Part shown: positions 17,746-28,165 of the stretch, piece by piece | Position numbering within the stretch: the stretch's first letter is position 1 | How the letters are laid out: every line of letters starts with the position of its first letter | Source: Rhodobiaceae bacterium | GTDB lineage: Bacteria > Pseudomonadota > Alphaproteobacteria > RS24 | Assembly (NCBI GenBank): GCA_002683515.1 | Contig: NYTN01000011.1 | Location: forward strand, 1-37,815 | Direction of reading: 5' to 3' | DNA length: 37,815 nt | Made by a program: the position numbers and the translations under genes | The notes under the pieces: model-generated | The model's input: only the letters and a program-made list of their open reading frames with translations | Databases searched by the model: none | What the model was told of the DNA's origin: nothing

Positions 17746-17774
17746 CGCTTGAATTCAAGGAGCGCTTCGAGCCA

Positions 17775-18650
17775 ATGGCAAATAACGTAAAACATTCTTT
17801 TCAAGATCTCATCCTAAATTTACAACGTTATTGGGCTGATCAAGGATGCGTGATTTTACAACCCTATGATATGGAGATGGGCGCTGGGACATTCCATCCC
17901 GCGACTGTGCTTCGTGCTTTAGGGCCAGAGCCTTGGAATGTGGCTTATGTTCAGCCTTCTCGCCGCCCGACAGATGGACGTTATGGTGAAAACCCTAATC
18001 GCTTTCAGCATTACTACCAGTTTCAGGTCATTCTCAAGCCCTCCCCTGATAACATTCAGCAGCTTTATCTTGATAGTCTTGAGGTACTTGGCATTGACTC
18101 TAAAGCTCATGATATCCGCTTTGTTGAGGATGATTGGGAAAGCCCGACGCTGGGTGCATGGGGTTTGGGCTGGGAAGTCTGGTGCGATGGTATGGAAGTC
18201 TCTCAATTTACCTATTTCCAGCAAGTTGGCGGTATTGATGTTGATATTGTCTCTGGTGAATTGACCTATGGCCTTGAAAGGCTCGCCATGTATGTGCAGG
18301 GCGTCGATAATGGCTATGAACTTGATTTTAACGCTAAAGGTGTGACTTATGGCGATGTTTTTCACCGCAATGAGGTAGAGTTTTCACGCTATAATTTCGA
18401 AGCTGCTGATACGGATATTCTCTTGCGGCATTTCCAGGATGCTGAGGTCGAGTGTCGCCAGCTTGCGGAAGGAGGTCTTGCGCTTCCTGCTTATGACCAA
18501 TGCATGAAAGCCAGTCATAATTTTAACCTTCTTGATGCGCGAGGGGTTATTTCGGTGACAGAACGTCAGGCTTTTATAGGCCGGGTTCGTGCACTTGCCA
18601 AAATCTGCGCTGAAACATGGTTGTATAAAGACGGATCAAATAATGACTGA
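17775..18650 (+). CDS. glyQ: Glycine--tRNA ligase alpha subunit
   Basis: GAGTFHPAT; [19 protein letters not shown]; ELTYGLERL; [11 protein letters not shown]. Confidence 0.99.
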   Translation: MANNVKHSFQDLILNLQRYWADQGCVILQPYDMEMGAGTFHPATVLRALGPEPWNVAYVQPSRRPTDGRYGENPNRFQHYYQFQVILKPSPDNIQQLYLDSLEVLGIDSKAHDIRFVEDDWESPTLGAWGLGWEVWCDGMEVSQFTYFQQVGGIDVDIVSGELTYGLERLAMYVQGVDNGYELDFNAKGVTYGDVFHRNEVEFSRYNFEAADTDILLRHFQDAEVECRQLAEGGLALPAYDQCMKASHNFNLLDARGVISVTERQAFIGRVRALAKICAETWLYKDGSNND

Positions 18651-20736
18651 TTTGATTCTAGAATTTTACTCGGAAGAAATTCCCGCCGGTTTGCAAGCTC
18701 CAGCTGCGGCAGATTTGCAAAAAAAAGTTACTGAATTTCTTAAATCTAATGGCATAGAAAATATTGCCCTCGAAACATTCAGTGCGCCTCAGAGATTGGC
18801 CTTAATTGGGCGCGATTTGCCTGTCGAACTCGCTGAGCAGAGTGAAGAAAAAAAAGGGCCACGTGTTGATGCGCCTGAAAGGGCGATTGAAGGTTTTCTC
18901 AAGGCTAATGGGCTATCAAATACTGATGGCTTGACTGTTCGTGAAGATCCCAAAGGGGCGTTTTATGTCCTTGAAGAGGTGATACCCGGACGCGATTTTA
19001 GTTCGGCACTAGAAGACTTTATCCCTGAACTTGTGCGTGGATTTAGTTGGCCCAAATCGATGCGCTGGGGCGAAAGTACACTGCGTTGGGTGCGCCCGCT
19101 GCGGACTCTTTTGTGCGTGTTTAACGGCAAAGCTCTTGCTTGTGAAGTTGAGGGTATCAAAGCCGGGAATAATACTTTCGGGCATAGATTCATGGCGCCG
19201 GATGCATTGACGATTGATAAAGCAGACGACTATTTGTCCAAGCTTGAGCAAGCCTATGTGCTTGCCGACAGGGCAAGGCGTCTGGCATTGATTAAAGAAA
19301 AATCCGAGGCTTTAGCGGCTAGCGAAGGCCTCGTGTTGGTAGATGATGCGTGGCTGTTGGCTGAGGTCGCTGGACTTGTTGAGTGGCCTGTCCCCCTCAT
19401 GGGTAAAATTGATGATGAGTTTATGGATGTGCCTGAAGAGGTGCTTGTCTCTGTCATGAGGACACATCAGAAATATCTCGCTCTGCGTGATAAAGACGGT
19501 CAGCTTGCGCCTCGCTTTATCACTATTGCCAACATCGAAACAGCTGACGAGGGCGCAAAGATTATTGCGGGTAATGAACGTGTTTTACGTGCGCGGTTAT
19601 CAGATGCTCGCTTCTTTTGGGATGAAGACAGAAAGACAGATTTATCCGCACGCAAGCCAGAGTTGGAGAAGGTTACCTTTCACGCCAAACTCGGCACTGT
19701 CAGTGATAAAACTGATCGCATTGAAAAGCTCGTGGCTTACTTTGCCAATATTGAGGCCGATTTCAGTTTTGAAGATTTGTCTCAAAATGATTCAGATGAG
19801 GTGGCATCAGAAGCGGCTGCTTTGTGTAAGGCAGATCTCGTGACAGGCATGGTTTATGAGTTCCCTGAGTTGCAGGGTGTAATGGGTGGCTATTATTCGG
19901 CGCTTCAAATCTGTGATGACAAAGTTGGAAATGCTATTCGTGACCATTATAAACCCCTCGGTCCTAATGATGAGATACCCGCAACGTCTGCAGGGCGGCT
20001 TGTCGCTTTGTCGGATAAGATGGATACGTTGGCAGGGTTTTGGCTGATTGATGAATTACCGACAGGTTCGAAAGACCCTTATGCACTCAGACGGGCATCC
20101 CTCGGCATTATCCGCATGCTTATTGAAGGCGGAAGGCGGCTTAATCTTGACGGTTTTATTCATGCTGCAATGCAAAATTATCCAGTATCATTATCAGCGT
20201 CATCGGGAGATAGTTCATCATCTGAGAGATTACTGCTATTCTTTATTGAACGTTTGAAGATTTATCTCCGTGATAAAAAAGATATTCGCCCCGACATTGT
20301 CGACTCTGTGCTTGCTGTTTCCGTTCAGGCTTATCGGGATGATGTATACGTATTGTCGCTTATGGCCGAGGCACTTAAAACATTTCTGGCCTCTGAGAAT
20401 GGTGCTAATTTGTTGGCGGCTTATCGTCGTGTGCGTGGCATTCTTAAAAAGTCACCCGCTGAGGCAGGGCTCATTGACGAAACGCTTTTTGTGAATGATG
20501 CAGAAAAAGTTTTCTTCACGGCTATAAACGGTCTTCAAATTGCCGAGATATCATCTGTCGACGATTACACAAATAATTTGCAGAGCCTCGCAGCACTTCG
20601 CGAACCTGTAGATGTATTTTTCGACAATGTGCTTGTGCAGGATGAGGATGAAAAAGTTCGCCAGAATCGCCTGGCTTTGATAAATAAACTCATTACGGCT
20701 ATGGATGGCGCCGCAGATTTTAGCTTAATCGAATAG
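18643..20736 (+). CDS. glyS: Glycine--tRNA ligase beta subunit
   Basis: [10 protein letters not shown]; WPKSMRWG; [10 protein letters not shown]; EFPELQG; [15 protein letters not shown] 18643 overlaps the end of glyQ. Confidence 0.99.
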   Translation: MTDLILEFYSEEIPAGLQAPAAADLQKKVTEFLKSNGIENIALETFSAPQRLALIGRDLPVELAEQSEEKKGPRVDAPERAIEGFLKANGLSNTDGLTVREDPKGAFYVLEEVIPGRDFSSALEDFIPELVRGFSWPKSMRWGESTLRWVRPLRTLLCVFNGKALACEVEGIKAGNNTFGHRFMAPDALTIDKADDYLSKLEQAYVLADRARRLALIKEKSEALAASEGLVLVDDAWLLAEVAGLVEWPVPLMGKIDDEFMDVPEEVLVSVMRTHQKYLALRDKDGQLAPRFITIANIETADEGAKIIAGNERVLRARLSDARFFWDEDRKTDLSARKPELEKVTFHAKLGTVSDKTDRIEKLVAYFANIEADFSFEDLSQNDSDEVASEAAALCKADLVTGMVYEFPELQGVMGGYYSALQICDDKVGNAIRDHYKPLGPNDEIPATSAGRLVALSDKMDTLAGFWLIDELPTGSKDPYALRRASLGIIRMLIEGGRRLNLDGFIHAAMQNYPVSLSASSGDSSSSERLLLFFIERLKIYLRDKKDIRPDIVDSVLAVSVQAYRDDVYVLSLMAEALKTFLASENGANLLAAYRRVRGILKKSPAEAGLIDETLFVNDAEKVFFTAINGLQIAEISSVDDYTNNLQSLAALREPVDVFFDNVLVQDEDEKVRQNRLALINKLITAMDGAADFSLIE

Positions 20737-20765
20737 GCGCATTTGAGAGATTTTTAGGTGCATTA

Positions 20766-23438
20766 ATGTCGGATATCAAATGGGTTTATAGCTTTGGGGA
20801 TGGCTCTGCCGAGGGAGCCGCAGATATGAAAAACCTGCTGGGCGGCAAAGGAGCTAATCTGGCGGAAATGTGCCGTCTCGGTTTGCCGGTGCCACCTGGC
20901 CTGACCATTACCACTGAAGTCTGTTTAGCTTTCTACGATAATGATCGCAATTACCCTGATGGGCTAGATACTCAGTTGACTGAGGCGCTCGCTTCTATCA
21001 GCAAAGCTGTGGGTAGTGATTTTGGTAACCCCGAAAATCCTCTGCTGGTTTCTGTACGCTCAGGTGCGCGCGCGTCCATGCCGGGAATGATGGACACTGT
21101 TCTCAATCTCGGAATGAACGATGCAACGGTTGTCGGGCTTGCTAAGCGCGCCGGGGATGAGAGGTTTGCCTGGGATAGTTATCGCCGCTTTATCCAGATG
21201 TATTCCGATGTGGTGCTGGGTGTCGGGCATGATAATTTCGAAGAAATACTCGATGACTTCAAAATGCAACAAGGCCATTATGTTGATACGGACTTAACGG
21301 CTGAGGACTGGCAGCATATTGTTAGCGTGTACAAGCAACGCGTAAATGAAGTTTACGGCAATGACTTCCCCCAAGATGTGATGGAGCAGCTTTGGGGTGC
21401 CGTCGGGGCTGTTTTTGGATCATGGCGAAATGCCCGCGCCGAAACTTACCGACGCTTGAATAATATTCCTGAAAGTTGGGGTACGGCCGTTAATGTTCAA
21501 GCCATGGTTTTTGGTAATCTTGGGCCGACTTCGGCGACAGGTGTGGCCTTCACCCGTAATCCATCCACAGGGGAAAATGCCCTTTACGGTGAGTTTTTGG
21601 TAAATGCACAAGGTGAGGATGTCGTCGCTGGCATACGAACGCCGCAAAACCTCACTAAAATCGCACGGGAAGAATCCTGCAGTGACATGCCTTCCATGGA
21701 AGAGGTTATGCCGGAGGTTTTCAACCAACTGGTAGACGTAAATCTTAGATTGGAAAATCATTACCGCGATATGCAGGATATTGAATTCACTGTTCAAGAG
21801 GGCAAATTATGGATGCTGCAAACACGTTCCGGCAAACGAACAACGGCAGCGGCGTTAAAAATTGCTGTAGATATGGTGGAGGAGGGTCTGATTACTAAAG
21901 ATGAAGCCGTGTTACGCATTGACCCGATGTCATTGGACCAGTTGTTGCATCCAATGCTAGATCCCGATGCTGAATTTGACATTATTGCAACAGGTCTTCC
22001 AGCTTCTCCCGGGGCAGCAAGTGGTGCTGTCGTCTTCAGCGCTGATGAAGCTGAAAAAATCAAGGCAGATGGACGTAAGGTCATTCTTGTGCGGATGGAA
22101 ACCAGCCCAGAAGATATTCACGGCATGCATGCTGCTGAGGGAATTTTGACATCTAGGGGTGGGATGACAAGTCATGCTGCTGTGGTGGCTCGTGGCATGG
22201 GGCGTCCTTGTGTGTCAGGTGCGGGCAGCGTGCGCATTGATTATGAAAAGCAGGAATTTCAGGTGGCCGGAGTTAAGGTGACTGCCGGAGAAACCATTAC
22301 GCTGGATGGAGGCACAGGCCGCGTTATGGCAGGCAAAGTGCCGACACGTCAACCGGAGCTTTCGGGTGACTTTGCAAACCTTATTACTTGGGCAGATGAG
22401 ATCCGCCGTATGCGTGTACGTACCAATGCTGAAACACCCACTGATGCTGCTACAGCTGTAAAGTTTGGTGCAGAGGGTATTGGACTGTGCCGCACCGAAC
22501 ATATGTTCTTTGATGCCAATAGAATTATGGCTGTGCGTGAAATGATACTCGCTGAAAATCCTGAGGATCGGGCCAAGCCGCTTGAGAGAATTTTGCTAAT
22601 GCAACGCGACGATTTCACCGAGTTGTTTACGATTATGACCGGCATGCCGGTAACAATAAGATTGCTTGACCCACCTCTTCATGAATTTCTGCCGCAGCAT
22701 GTGGAAGATGTCTTGCAAGTTGCCGATGCGATTGGCATGACACAAGATAAACTCAAGCGCCGTATTCGAGAGTTGGAAGAAGTTAATCCGATGTTAGGTC
22801 ACCGCGGGTGTCGTATGGGGCTGACCTACCCGGAAATTTATGAAATGCAGGCTCGGGCTATTTTTGAAGCCGCGGTTAGTGTTGCGAAGACAACTGGATC
22901 AACAGTTGTTCCTGAGGTGATGATTCCTCTTGTTGCGGATCACAGAGAGTTGAAAGAGCTCGCTGATCGCATTGAGGCAATCGCTCAAAATGTTATTCAG
23001 GAACAAAATGCAGAACTAGATTATCTTATCGGCACCATGATTGAATTGCCTCGGGCCGCATTACGGGCGGCTGATATTGCTCAGACAGCTAAATTCTTTT
23101 CTTTTGGTACGAATGATTTGACCCAGACGACATTCGGTATCAGTCGGGATGATGCGGCATCCTTTATGGAGCCATATTTGTCCAGAGGGCTTTTTGAGTA
23201 TGACCCATTTGTCAGCCTTGATCAGGATGGTGTTGGAGAATTGGTTCAACTTGCTGCAGAACGCGGGCGCTCGGCGCGTGCCGACTTGAAACTGGGTATT
23301 TGTGGGGAGCATGGCGGCGATCCTGCCTCTATTGCTTTTTGTGAGAAAACTGGTCTTGATTACGTTTCATGCTCGCCTTACCGCGTGCCTATAGCCCGAC
23401 TCGCAGCTGCCCAGTCGTATTTGCAGTATCGTAAATAA
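20766..23438 (+). CDS. ppdK: Pyruvate, phosphate dikinase
   Basis: LLGGKGANLAEM; GGMTSHAAVVARG (phospho-His); GIGLCRTEHMF; SFGTNDLTQ; GICGEHGG. Confidence 0.99.
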   Translation: MSDIKWVYSFGDGSAEGAADMKNLLGGKGANLAEMCRLGLPVPPGLTITTEVCLAFYDNDRNYPDGLDTQLTEALASISKAVGSDFGNPENPLLVSVRSGARASMPGMMDTVLNLGMNDATVVGLAKRAGDERFAWDSYRRFIQMYSDVVLGVGHDNFEEILDDFKMQQGHYVDTDLTAEDWQHIVSVYKQRVNEVYGNDFPQDVMEQLWGAVGAVFGSWRNARAETYRRLNNIPESWGTAVNVQAMVFGNLGPTSATGVAFTRNPSTGENALYGEFLVNAQGEDVVAGIRTPQNLTKIAREESCSDMPSMEEVMPEVFNQLVDVNLRLENHYRDMQDIEFTVQEGKLWMLQTRSGKRTTAAALKIAVDMVEEGLITKDEAVLRIDPMSLDQLLHPMLDPDAEFDIIATGLPASPGAASGAVVFSADEAEKIKADGRKVILVRMETSPEDIHGMHAAEGILTSRGGMTSHAAVVARGMGRPCVSGAGSVRIDYEKQEFQVAGVKVTAGETITLDGGTGRVMAGKVPTRQPELSGDFANLITWADEIRRMRVRTNAETPTDAATAVKFGAEGIGLCRTEHMFFDANRIMAVREMILAENPEDRAKPLERILLMQRDDFTELFTIMTGMPVTIRLLDPPLHEFLPQHVEDVLQVADAIGMTQDKLKRRIRELEEVNPMLGHRGCRMGLTYPEIYEMQARAIFEAAVSVAKTTGSTVVPEVMIPLVADHRELKELADRIEAIAQNVIQEQNAELDYLIGTMIELPRAALRAADIAQTAKFFSFGTNDLTQTTFGISRDDAASFMEPYLSRGLFEYDPFVSLDQDGVGELVQLAAERGRSARADLKLGICGEHGGDPASIAFCEKTGLDYVSCSPYRVPIARLAAAQSYLQYRK

Positions 23439-23691
23439 GCTTAAAATATGTAAAAACGTTAAAAAAAGAGTTAAAAAACCCTAAAAATAACTAAATAATG
23501 GCTAATTCTGTCATTTTCTAATTTGTTCGGGGTCATAAAGCTTCATAGATAACTCACGCGATTTTCACATTTTACTCACACTATTTTGTATCGAATCAAA
23601 ATAGCAAAATTGTATAGTTACTAAATCCAATCTAAGTCAAAACTCGTAAGTTATTAGTCAAGTTTTTACTTAGCTGATTAGGTAGAATGGA

Positions 23692-24438
23692 ATGTTGGTA
23701 CTTATTCAATGGCTAGAAATTGATAAATTTCTTTATCGCTCCAGATGGCGTCTTTTTGGGCATGTCTGTCTTGCCATGATTGTTGCAAATATTGGGTTAG
23801 TTGGATATCGCATTTACCATGCTGTATCACCGGATTTGTATACTAGTACAGGCTCAGATTATGAGATTGCACGTGTTGCGACTGTTCCTCTTTACTTGCC
23901 AGAAAATATTGATGGTAAAATTCGTATGGCGCGTGTTGAAAGTCTTTATAACACAGCACCAGAAAACCATGATCAAGAGACACTCGAAGAGGCGCAACAT
24001 TGTCTAGCTCAGGCAATTTACTTTGAAGCCAGAGGTGAGCCTGTTGAGGGCTGGGAAGCTGTCGGCCAGGTTGTTATTAATCGTGTTAGAGATAAAAGAT
24101 ATCCCGGTCAGATTTGTGATGTTGTTTTTCAGGGCGAGTATCGCCGCCATCGTTGCCAATTTTCTTTTGCCTGTGACGGCGTCTCCGATAGACCTTATGA
24201 TAATGACTCTTGGCAAGCCGTTTATAAGCTTTCGGGAAAATTACTTACACGCGGGGTTGCGTCTCTAAAAGTTTCGCCGATAGTCGGTACAGCGACGCAT
24301 TATCATGCTGACTATGTTGTGCCGCATTGGTCGTCATCACTGACACCTATCCGTAAAATCGGGCGGCATATTTTTTATCGTGAAGAACCGGGCGGTGTTA
24401 CGCCCAAGCCTCGTAAGCGTCCGGACATACCCTCCTGA
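23692..24438 (+). CDS. SleB-family cell wall hydrolase, membrane-anchored
   Basis: CLAQAIYFEARGE; VGQVVINRV; CQFSF; ATHYHADYV.P.W; IGRHIFY; N-terminal TM helix. Confidence 0.93.
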   Translation: MLVLIQWLEIDKFLYRSRWRLFGHVCLAMIVANIGLVGYRIYHAVSPDLYTSTGSDYEIARVATVPLYLPENIDGKIRMARVESLYNTAPENHDQETLEEAQHCLAQAIYFEARGEPVEGWEAVGQVVINRVRDKRYPGQICDVVFQGEYRRHRCQFSFACDGVSDRPYDNDSWQAVYKLSGKLLTRGVASLKVSPIVGTATHYHADYVVPHWSSSLTPIRKIGRHIFYREEPGGVTPKPRKRPDIPS

Positions 24439-24469
24439 CGAGTTTCCCAGCTCATTGATTTTCTGATTT

Positions 24470-25330
24470 TTAATTAAAAATTTCCATATCCAGTCCAAAA
24501 TCCATGGTTGGAGAGGAATGAGTTATCTTGCCAACTGAAATATAATCGACACCTGTCCGAGCAATATCAGCGACAGTTTCAAGGCTGACACGACCTGAGG
24601 CTTCTGTTGTCGCTTTGCCATTCACCATGGTAACGGCTTCACGCAACATGTCCGGTGTCATATTATCCAGCAATACGACATCGGTCCCTTCTCGCAAGGC
24701 TTCGTCAAGTTGTTCCAGCGTGTCGATTTCAATTTCAACTGTCACCATGTGGCCGGCATTTCCTTTAGCTGCTTTCAGCGCTGCTGTTACACTCCCGGCA
24801 ACAGCGATATGATTATCTTTGATAAGAATAGCGTCATCCAGCCCGAAACGGTGATTATACCCTCCGCCGGAGCGAACGGCGTATTTTTCTAATGCACGAA
24901 GGCCGGGTGTTGTTTTTCGGGTGCAGGTAATTCGTGCTTGTGTGCCGGATATAGCGGCGACAAAGTCAGCGGTATGACTGGCTATACCGGAGAGATGACT
25001 GACAAAATTGAGAGCCACTCGCTCACCTGACAGTAAACCTCTTGCATTCGCTTCGATTGTTAACACAGTATCTCCGGGAGAAACATTAGCACCATCTGAG
25101 ACGATACTGGTAAAAACGGCGGCAGGGTCGTTTTGTATAAAGGATTCAACCGCTAGGTCCAGACCCGCTAAAACGCCTTCCTCACGGCTAACAATTGAGG
25201 CTTTGGCACGGGCATTTTCAGGAATGACACTTTGTGAGGTAATATCCCCTGCGCGGCCCAAATCTTCCGCCAGTGCTAACGACACGGCAGAATGGGTTAC
25301 GCTTTTTGAAAGGGGGGCAATCTTTGGCAT
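24470..25330 (-). CDS. nadC: Quinolinate phosphoribosyltransferase
   Basis: AEDLGRAGDITS; ERVALNF; TRKTTPGLR; HRFGLDDAILIKDNH; LLDNM; EASG. ATG 25330 preferred. Confidence 0.98.
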   Translation of the reverse strand: MPKIAPLSKSVTHSAVSLALAEDLGRAGDITSQSVIPENARAKASIVSREEGVLAGLDLAVESFIQNDPAAVFTSIVSDGANVSPGDTVLTIEANARGLLSGERVALNFVSHLSGIASHTADFVAAISGTQARITCTRKTTPGLRALEKYAVRSGGGYNHRFGLDDAILIKDNHIAVAGSVTAALKAAKGNAGHMVTVEIEIDTLEQLDEALREGTDVVLLDNMTPDMLREAVTMVNGKATTEASGRVSLETVADIARTGVDYISVGKITHSSPTMDFGLDMEIFN

Positions 25331-25340
25331 AATTATCACT

Positions 25341-26972
25341 TTATTTGAAGCCTAATCTGTCAACTGGTCGGTCGCTTTTTTTGCCGTGACTTTCAGAATT
25401 GAAATCAAAAGTATAATCTCTGGATGCAATCATACGGGCAGCATCAAGTGTCAGCGTGCTTCTTTCTGCAATGGTATTTTTTTGCAGGAAATCAGATCTA
25501 AAATGACTGCCACGGCTTTCTTCTCGCTGATAGGCGGCGGCAGTTATCATGAGTGATGTAACAACCATATTTAATAAATCTGGTGTGCCAGAGGCGATAC
25601 GTTCCAGCCGAAGAAGTTGTTTAAAAGCTTCTTCAAGCCCTTCGCGTGTTCGTACCACCCCGACATGACGCGCCATGCAATCGCGAAGTTTTTGCATAGC
25701 AGGCATCACCTGCTGGATTGTGCTATTTGGTGCCAGCTTGGGTGGTTGGGGAGACGAAGCCGCTCGTACCGGTACAGTGAAATCAATATGCTCGGCAATA
25801 CGGGCTCCAAAAACCAGTGCCTCAAGCAGTGAATTGCTTGCGAGCCTGTTTGCACCATGCGCGCCGGTGGAAGCACATTCGCCACAAGCCCATAGTCCCG
25901 GCAGGCTAGTTCGACCATTTTGATCGACTTTAATGCCTCCCATATGATAATGCGCGGCAGGAGCAACAGGAATAGGTGACAGGCGCGGGTCAACCCCGCC
26001 TTCTTTGCAATAGGCTGCGACAGTAGGGAATCTGTCATCAAGTGTCTCGGCAATGTGACCCCGTAAGTCTAGCCCGACGGAACCTGTTTTTTGTATCTCA
26101 TCAAATACGGCTCGTGCCACAATATCCCTAGGAGCCATTTCTGCATCGTCATGATAAGCGGGCATAAAGGCTTCGCCTTGTGCGTTGACAAGTTTCGCAC
26201 CAACTCCGCGTAAAGCTTCGGTAGCAAGTGGAGCAGGGTCCCCCATGCCATGAATGGCGGTTGGGTGAAATTGTACAAATTCAGGGTCGGCAATAGTAGC
26301 TCCCGCCCTAGCCGCCATAGCAAGTGCGGCACCGTTTGAGAATTCAGGGTTGGTTGTTGTGGCGAAGAGATAGCCGCTCCCCCCACAGGCTAAAATCACG
26401 GCACGTGACTTAATAAGTGTTACGCCGAAAGGATGCTTTCCGGTATCTGTAAAAACACCAACAACGCGCCCTTCTTCAATCGCAAGCTCATAGGCGTTAA
26501 AGCCGCTAAGCATATTAATGGAGGGTGAGCTTTCTGCCAGTCGCCCAAGGCATTTCATTATTTCACGTCCAGCTCTGTCGCCACTGACACCGGCTATCCG
26601 GTTGCGCTGATGAGCGGCTTCTCGCCCCAAAATCAAATCACCATTTTGATCTTTATTAAAGGGCACACCGAAATCCACCAGATCCTTTAGCCGCTCGGCA
26701 GCATCATGCGCCAATAGGGCTGCAATCGTCTCGTCAACAAGGCCGTCCCCGGCTTTGATTGTGTCTTCGGCATGAAGCGCGGGGCTGTCATCAGAACCAA
26801 TAGCTGCGGCAATACCGCCTTGTGCCCACAAACTTGATGAGCCTTTGCGGGTTCCAGCAGAGGCTATTAGCGTGACTTGACGGTGGCTGAGTTTTAAAGC
26901 TGTATATAATCCGGCAAGCCCAGCACCAACTACCAGCACATCACCTGCATCAATTATATTTGTCGGGGTCAT
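25341..26972 (-). CDS. nadB: L-aspartate oxidase
   Basis: VVGAGLAGL; WAQGGIAAA; QFHPT; TEALRG; AHYHMGG; HGANRLASNSLLE; ESRGSHFRSDF; located between nadA and nadC. Confidence 0.97.
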   Translation of the reverse strand: MTPTNIIDAGDVLVVGAGLAGLYTALKLSHRQVTLIASAGTRKGSSSLWAQGGIAAAIGSDDSPALHAEDTIKAGDGLVDETIAALLAHDAAERLKDLVDFGVPFNKDQNGDLILGREAAHQRNRIAGVSGDRAGREIMKCLGRLAESSPSINMLSGFNAYELAIEEGRVVGVFTDTGKHPFGVTLIKSRAVILACGGSGYLFATTTNPEFSNGAALAMAARAGATIADPEFVQFHPTAIHGMGDPAPLATEALRGVGAKLVNAQGEAFMPAYHDDAEMAPRDIVARAVFDEIQKTGSVGLDLRGHIAETLDDRFPTVAAYCKEGGVDPRLSPIPVAPAAHYHMGGIKVDQNGRTSLPGLWACGECASTGAHGANRLASNSLLEALVFGARIAEHIDFTVPVRAASSPQPPKLAPNSTIQQVMPAMQKLRDCMARHVGVVRTREGLEEAFKQLLRLERIASGTPDLLNMVVTSLMITAAAYQREESRGSHFRSDFLQKNTIAERSTLTLDAARMIASRDYTFDFNSESHGKKSDRPVDRLGFK

Positions 26973-26977
26973 CACAA

Positions 26978-28066
26978 TTATTTATTAATATCAATCATGC
27001 GCTGAACGGCAAGGCGAGCAGCGGCGGCGATATCATTATCTACGAGCACTTCTTCGCGTTCGAAAGCCAATGCTTCGAGAACTTTGGGCAATGTAATTTG
27101 CTTCATATGAGGGCAAAGGTTGCACGGTCTGACGAAATTCACATTAGGATTTTCAACCGCAACATTGTCGCTCATGGAGCACTCCGTTACCATTAACACG
27201 CGTTCTGGTTGATTATCTTGAACCCATTTAATCATGCCGGATGTTGAACCAGAAAAATCACTCACATCGACCACTTCTGGGGGGCATTCAGGGTGCGCGA
27301 TTATCACCAGCCCCGGATCATCGGCACGATATTGTTTGATTTCCTCGGCACTGAATTGCTCGTGAACTTCGCATCGGCCTTTCCAGGCAATGACCTCAAT
27401 ATCGGTTTCGCGTGCGATATTTTGAGCCAGAAACTCATCGGGGATACACAGCACCTTGTTGCTATTAAATTCTTTTGCCATTGCTTCAACAATGGCAACG
27501 GCATTAGATGAGGTGCAACAGATATCACTCTCGGCTTTTACATCGGCAGATGTATTCACATAGGTGACAATCGGCACGCCGGGATAAGCCTGTCGCAGCG
27601 CTTTAACATCAGCACCCGTAATGCTCTCGGCAAGAGAGCAACCTGCACCCATATCTGGAATAAGAACTTTTTTGTTGGGGTTCAGCAATTTTGAGGTTTC
27701 AGCCATAAAATGAACGCCGCATTGAACAATCATATCGCCTTTGGCCTGCGCTGCTTCACGAGCCAATTGGAGGCTATCACCTACAACATCTGCAACGCAG
27801 TGAAAAATTTCAGGCGTTTGATAATTATGCGCGAGGATGACGGCGTTTTTTTCGCGTTTTAGCTCATTAATGGCTTTTACATAGGGAGCAAAAAAAGGCC
27901 ATTCGATTTCCGGCACAACAGAACTAATCCTGTCATATAAAGCGGACATCTCTTTTTCCAGAGCGGGCGTAAAGGAAATATCCATATCGGATAAAATCGA
28001 TTGCGCCTGTTGTCCTGGTATAACAGGCGGGGCTGGCGGCATTGAATTTGAGGTTAAATCTGACAT
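26978..28066 (-). CDS. nadA: Quinolinate synthase A
   Basis: LAHNYQ; CGVHFMAE; GCSLAES; YVNTSA; CEVHE; AHPEC; CPHMK; the three Fe-S cysteines are present. Confidence 0.99.
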   Translation of the reverse strand: MSDLTSNSMPPAPPVIPGQQAQSILSDMDISFTPALEKEMSALYDRISSVVPEIEWPFFAPYVKAINELKREKNAVILAHNYQTPEIFHCVADVVGDSLQLAREAAQAKGDMIVQCGVHFMAETSKLLNPNKKVLIPDMGAGCSLAESITGADVKALRQAYPGVPIVTYVNTSADVKAESDICCTSSNAVAIVEAMAKEFNSNKVLCIPDEFLAQNIARETDIEVIAWKGRCEVHEQFSAEEIKQYRADDPGLVIIAHPECPPEVVDVSDFSGSTSGMIKWVQDNQPERVLMVTECSMSDNVAVENPNVNFVRPCNLCPHMKQITLPKVLEALAFEREEVLVDNDIAAAARLAVQRMIDINK

Positions 28067-28084
28067 AACTTACCAATAACTCTA

Positions 28085-28105
28085 TTATGCTCAAATTGAG
28101 TATAA
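28085..28105. promoter_or_regulatory. NadQ operator
   Basis: 21-bp palindrome TTATGCTCA-AAT-TGAGTATAA matching the NadQ consensus ttATRCTCa-N3-tGAGYATaa, about 19 nt upstream of nadA. Confidence 0.9.
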
Positions 28106-28115
28106 ATCCTACCTT

Positions 28116-28145
28116 AATATATGGCGTTAAAATGGGTTTTGGCAA
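28116..28145 (-). promoter_or_regulatory. Sigma70-type promoter of nadABC
   Basis: Minus strand TTGCCA, 18 nt spacer, TATATT; the NadQ box lies just downstream of the expected start site. Confidence 0.6.
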
Positions 28146-28165
28146 GTATTTTAAGGGTTTTACCT

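Noticed and set aside
23459-23474. Possible CtrA box upstream of sleB
   Set aside because: Spacing is TTAA-N8-TTAA in very AT-rich DNA, so a chance match is likely.
23439-23691. AT-rich spacer as replication origin or CRISPR leader
   Set aside because: No DnaA-box cluster, no repeat-spacer array and no cas or origin-associated genes nearby.
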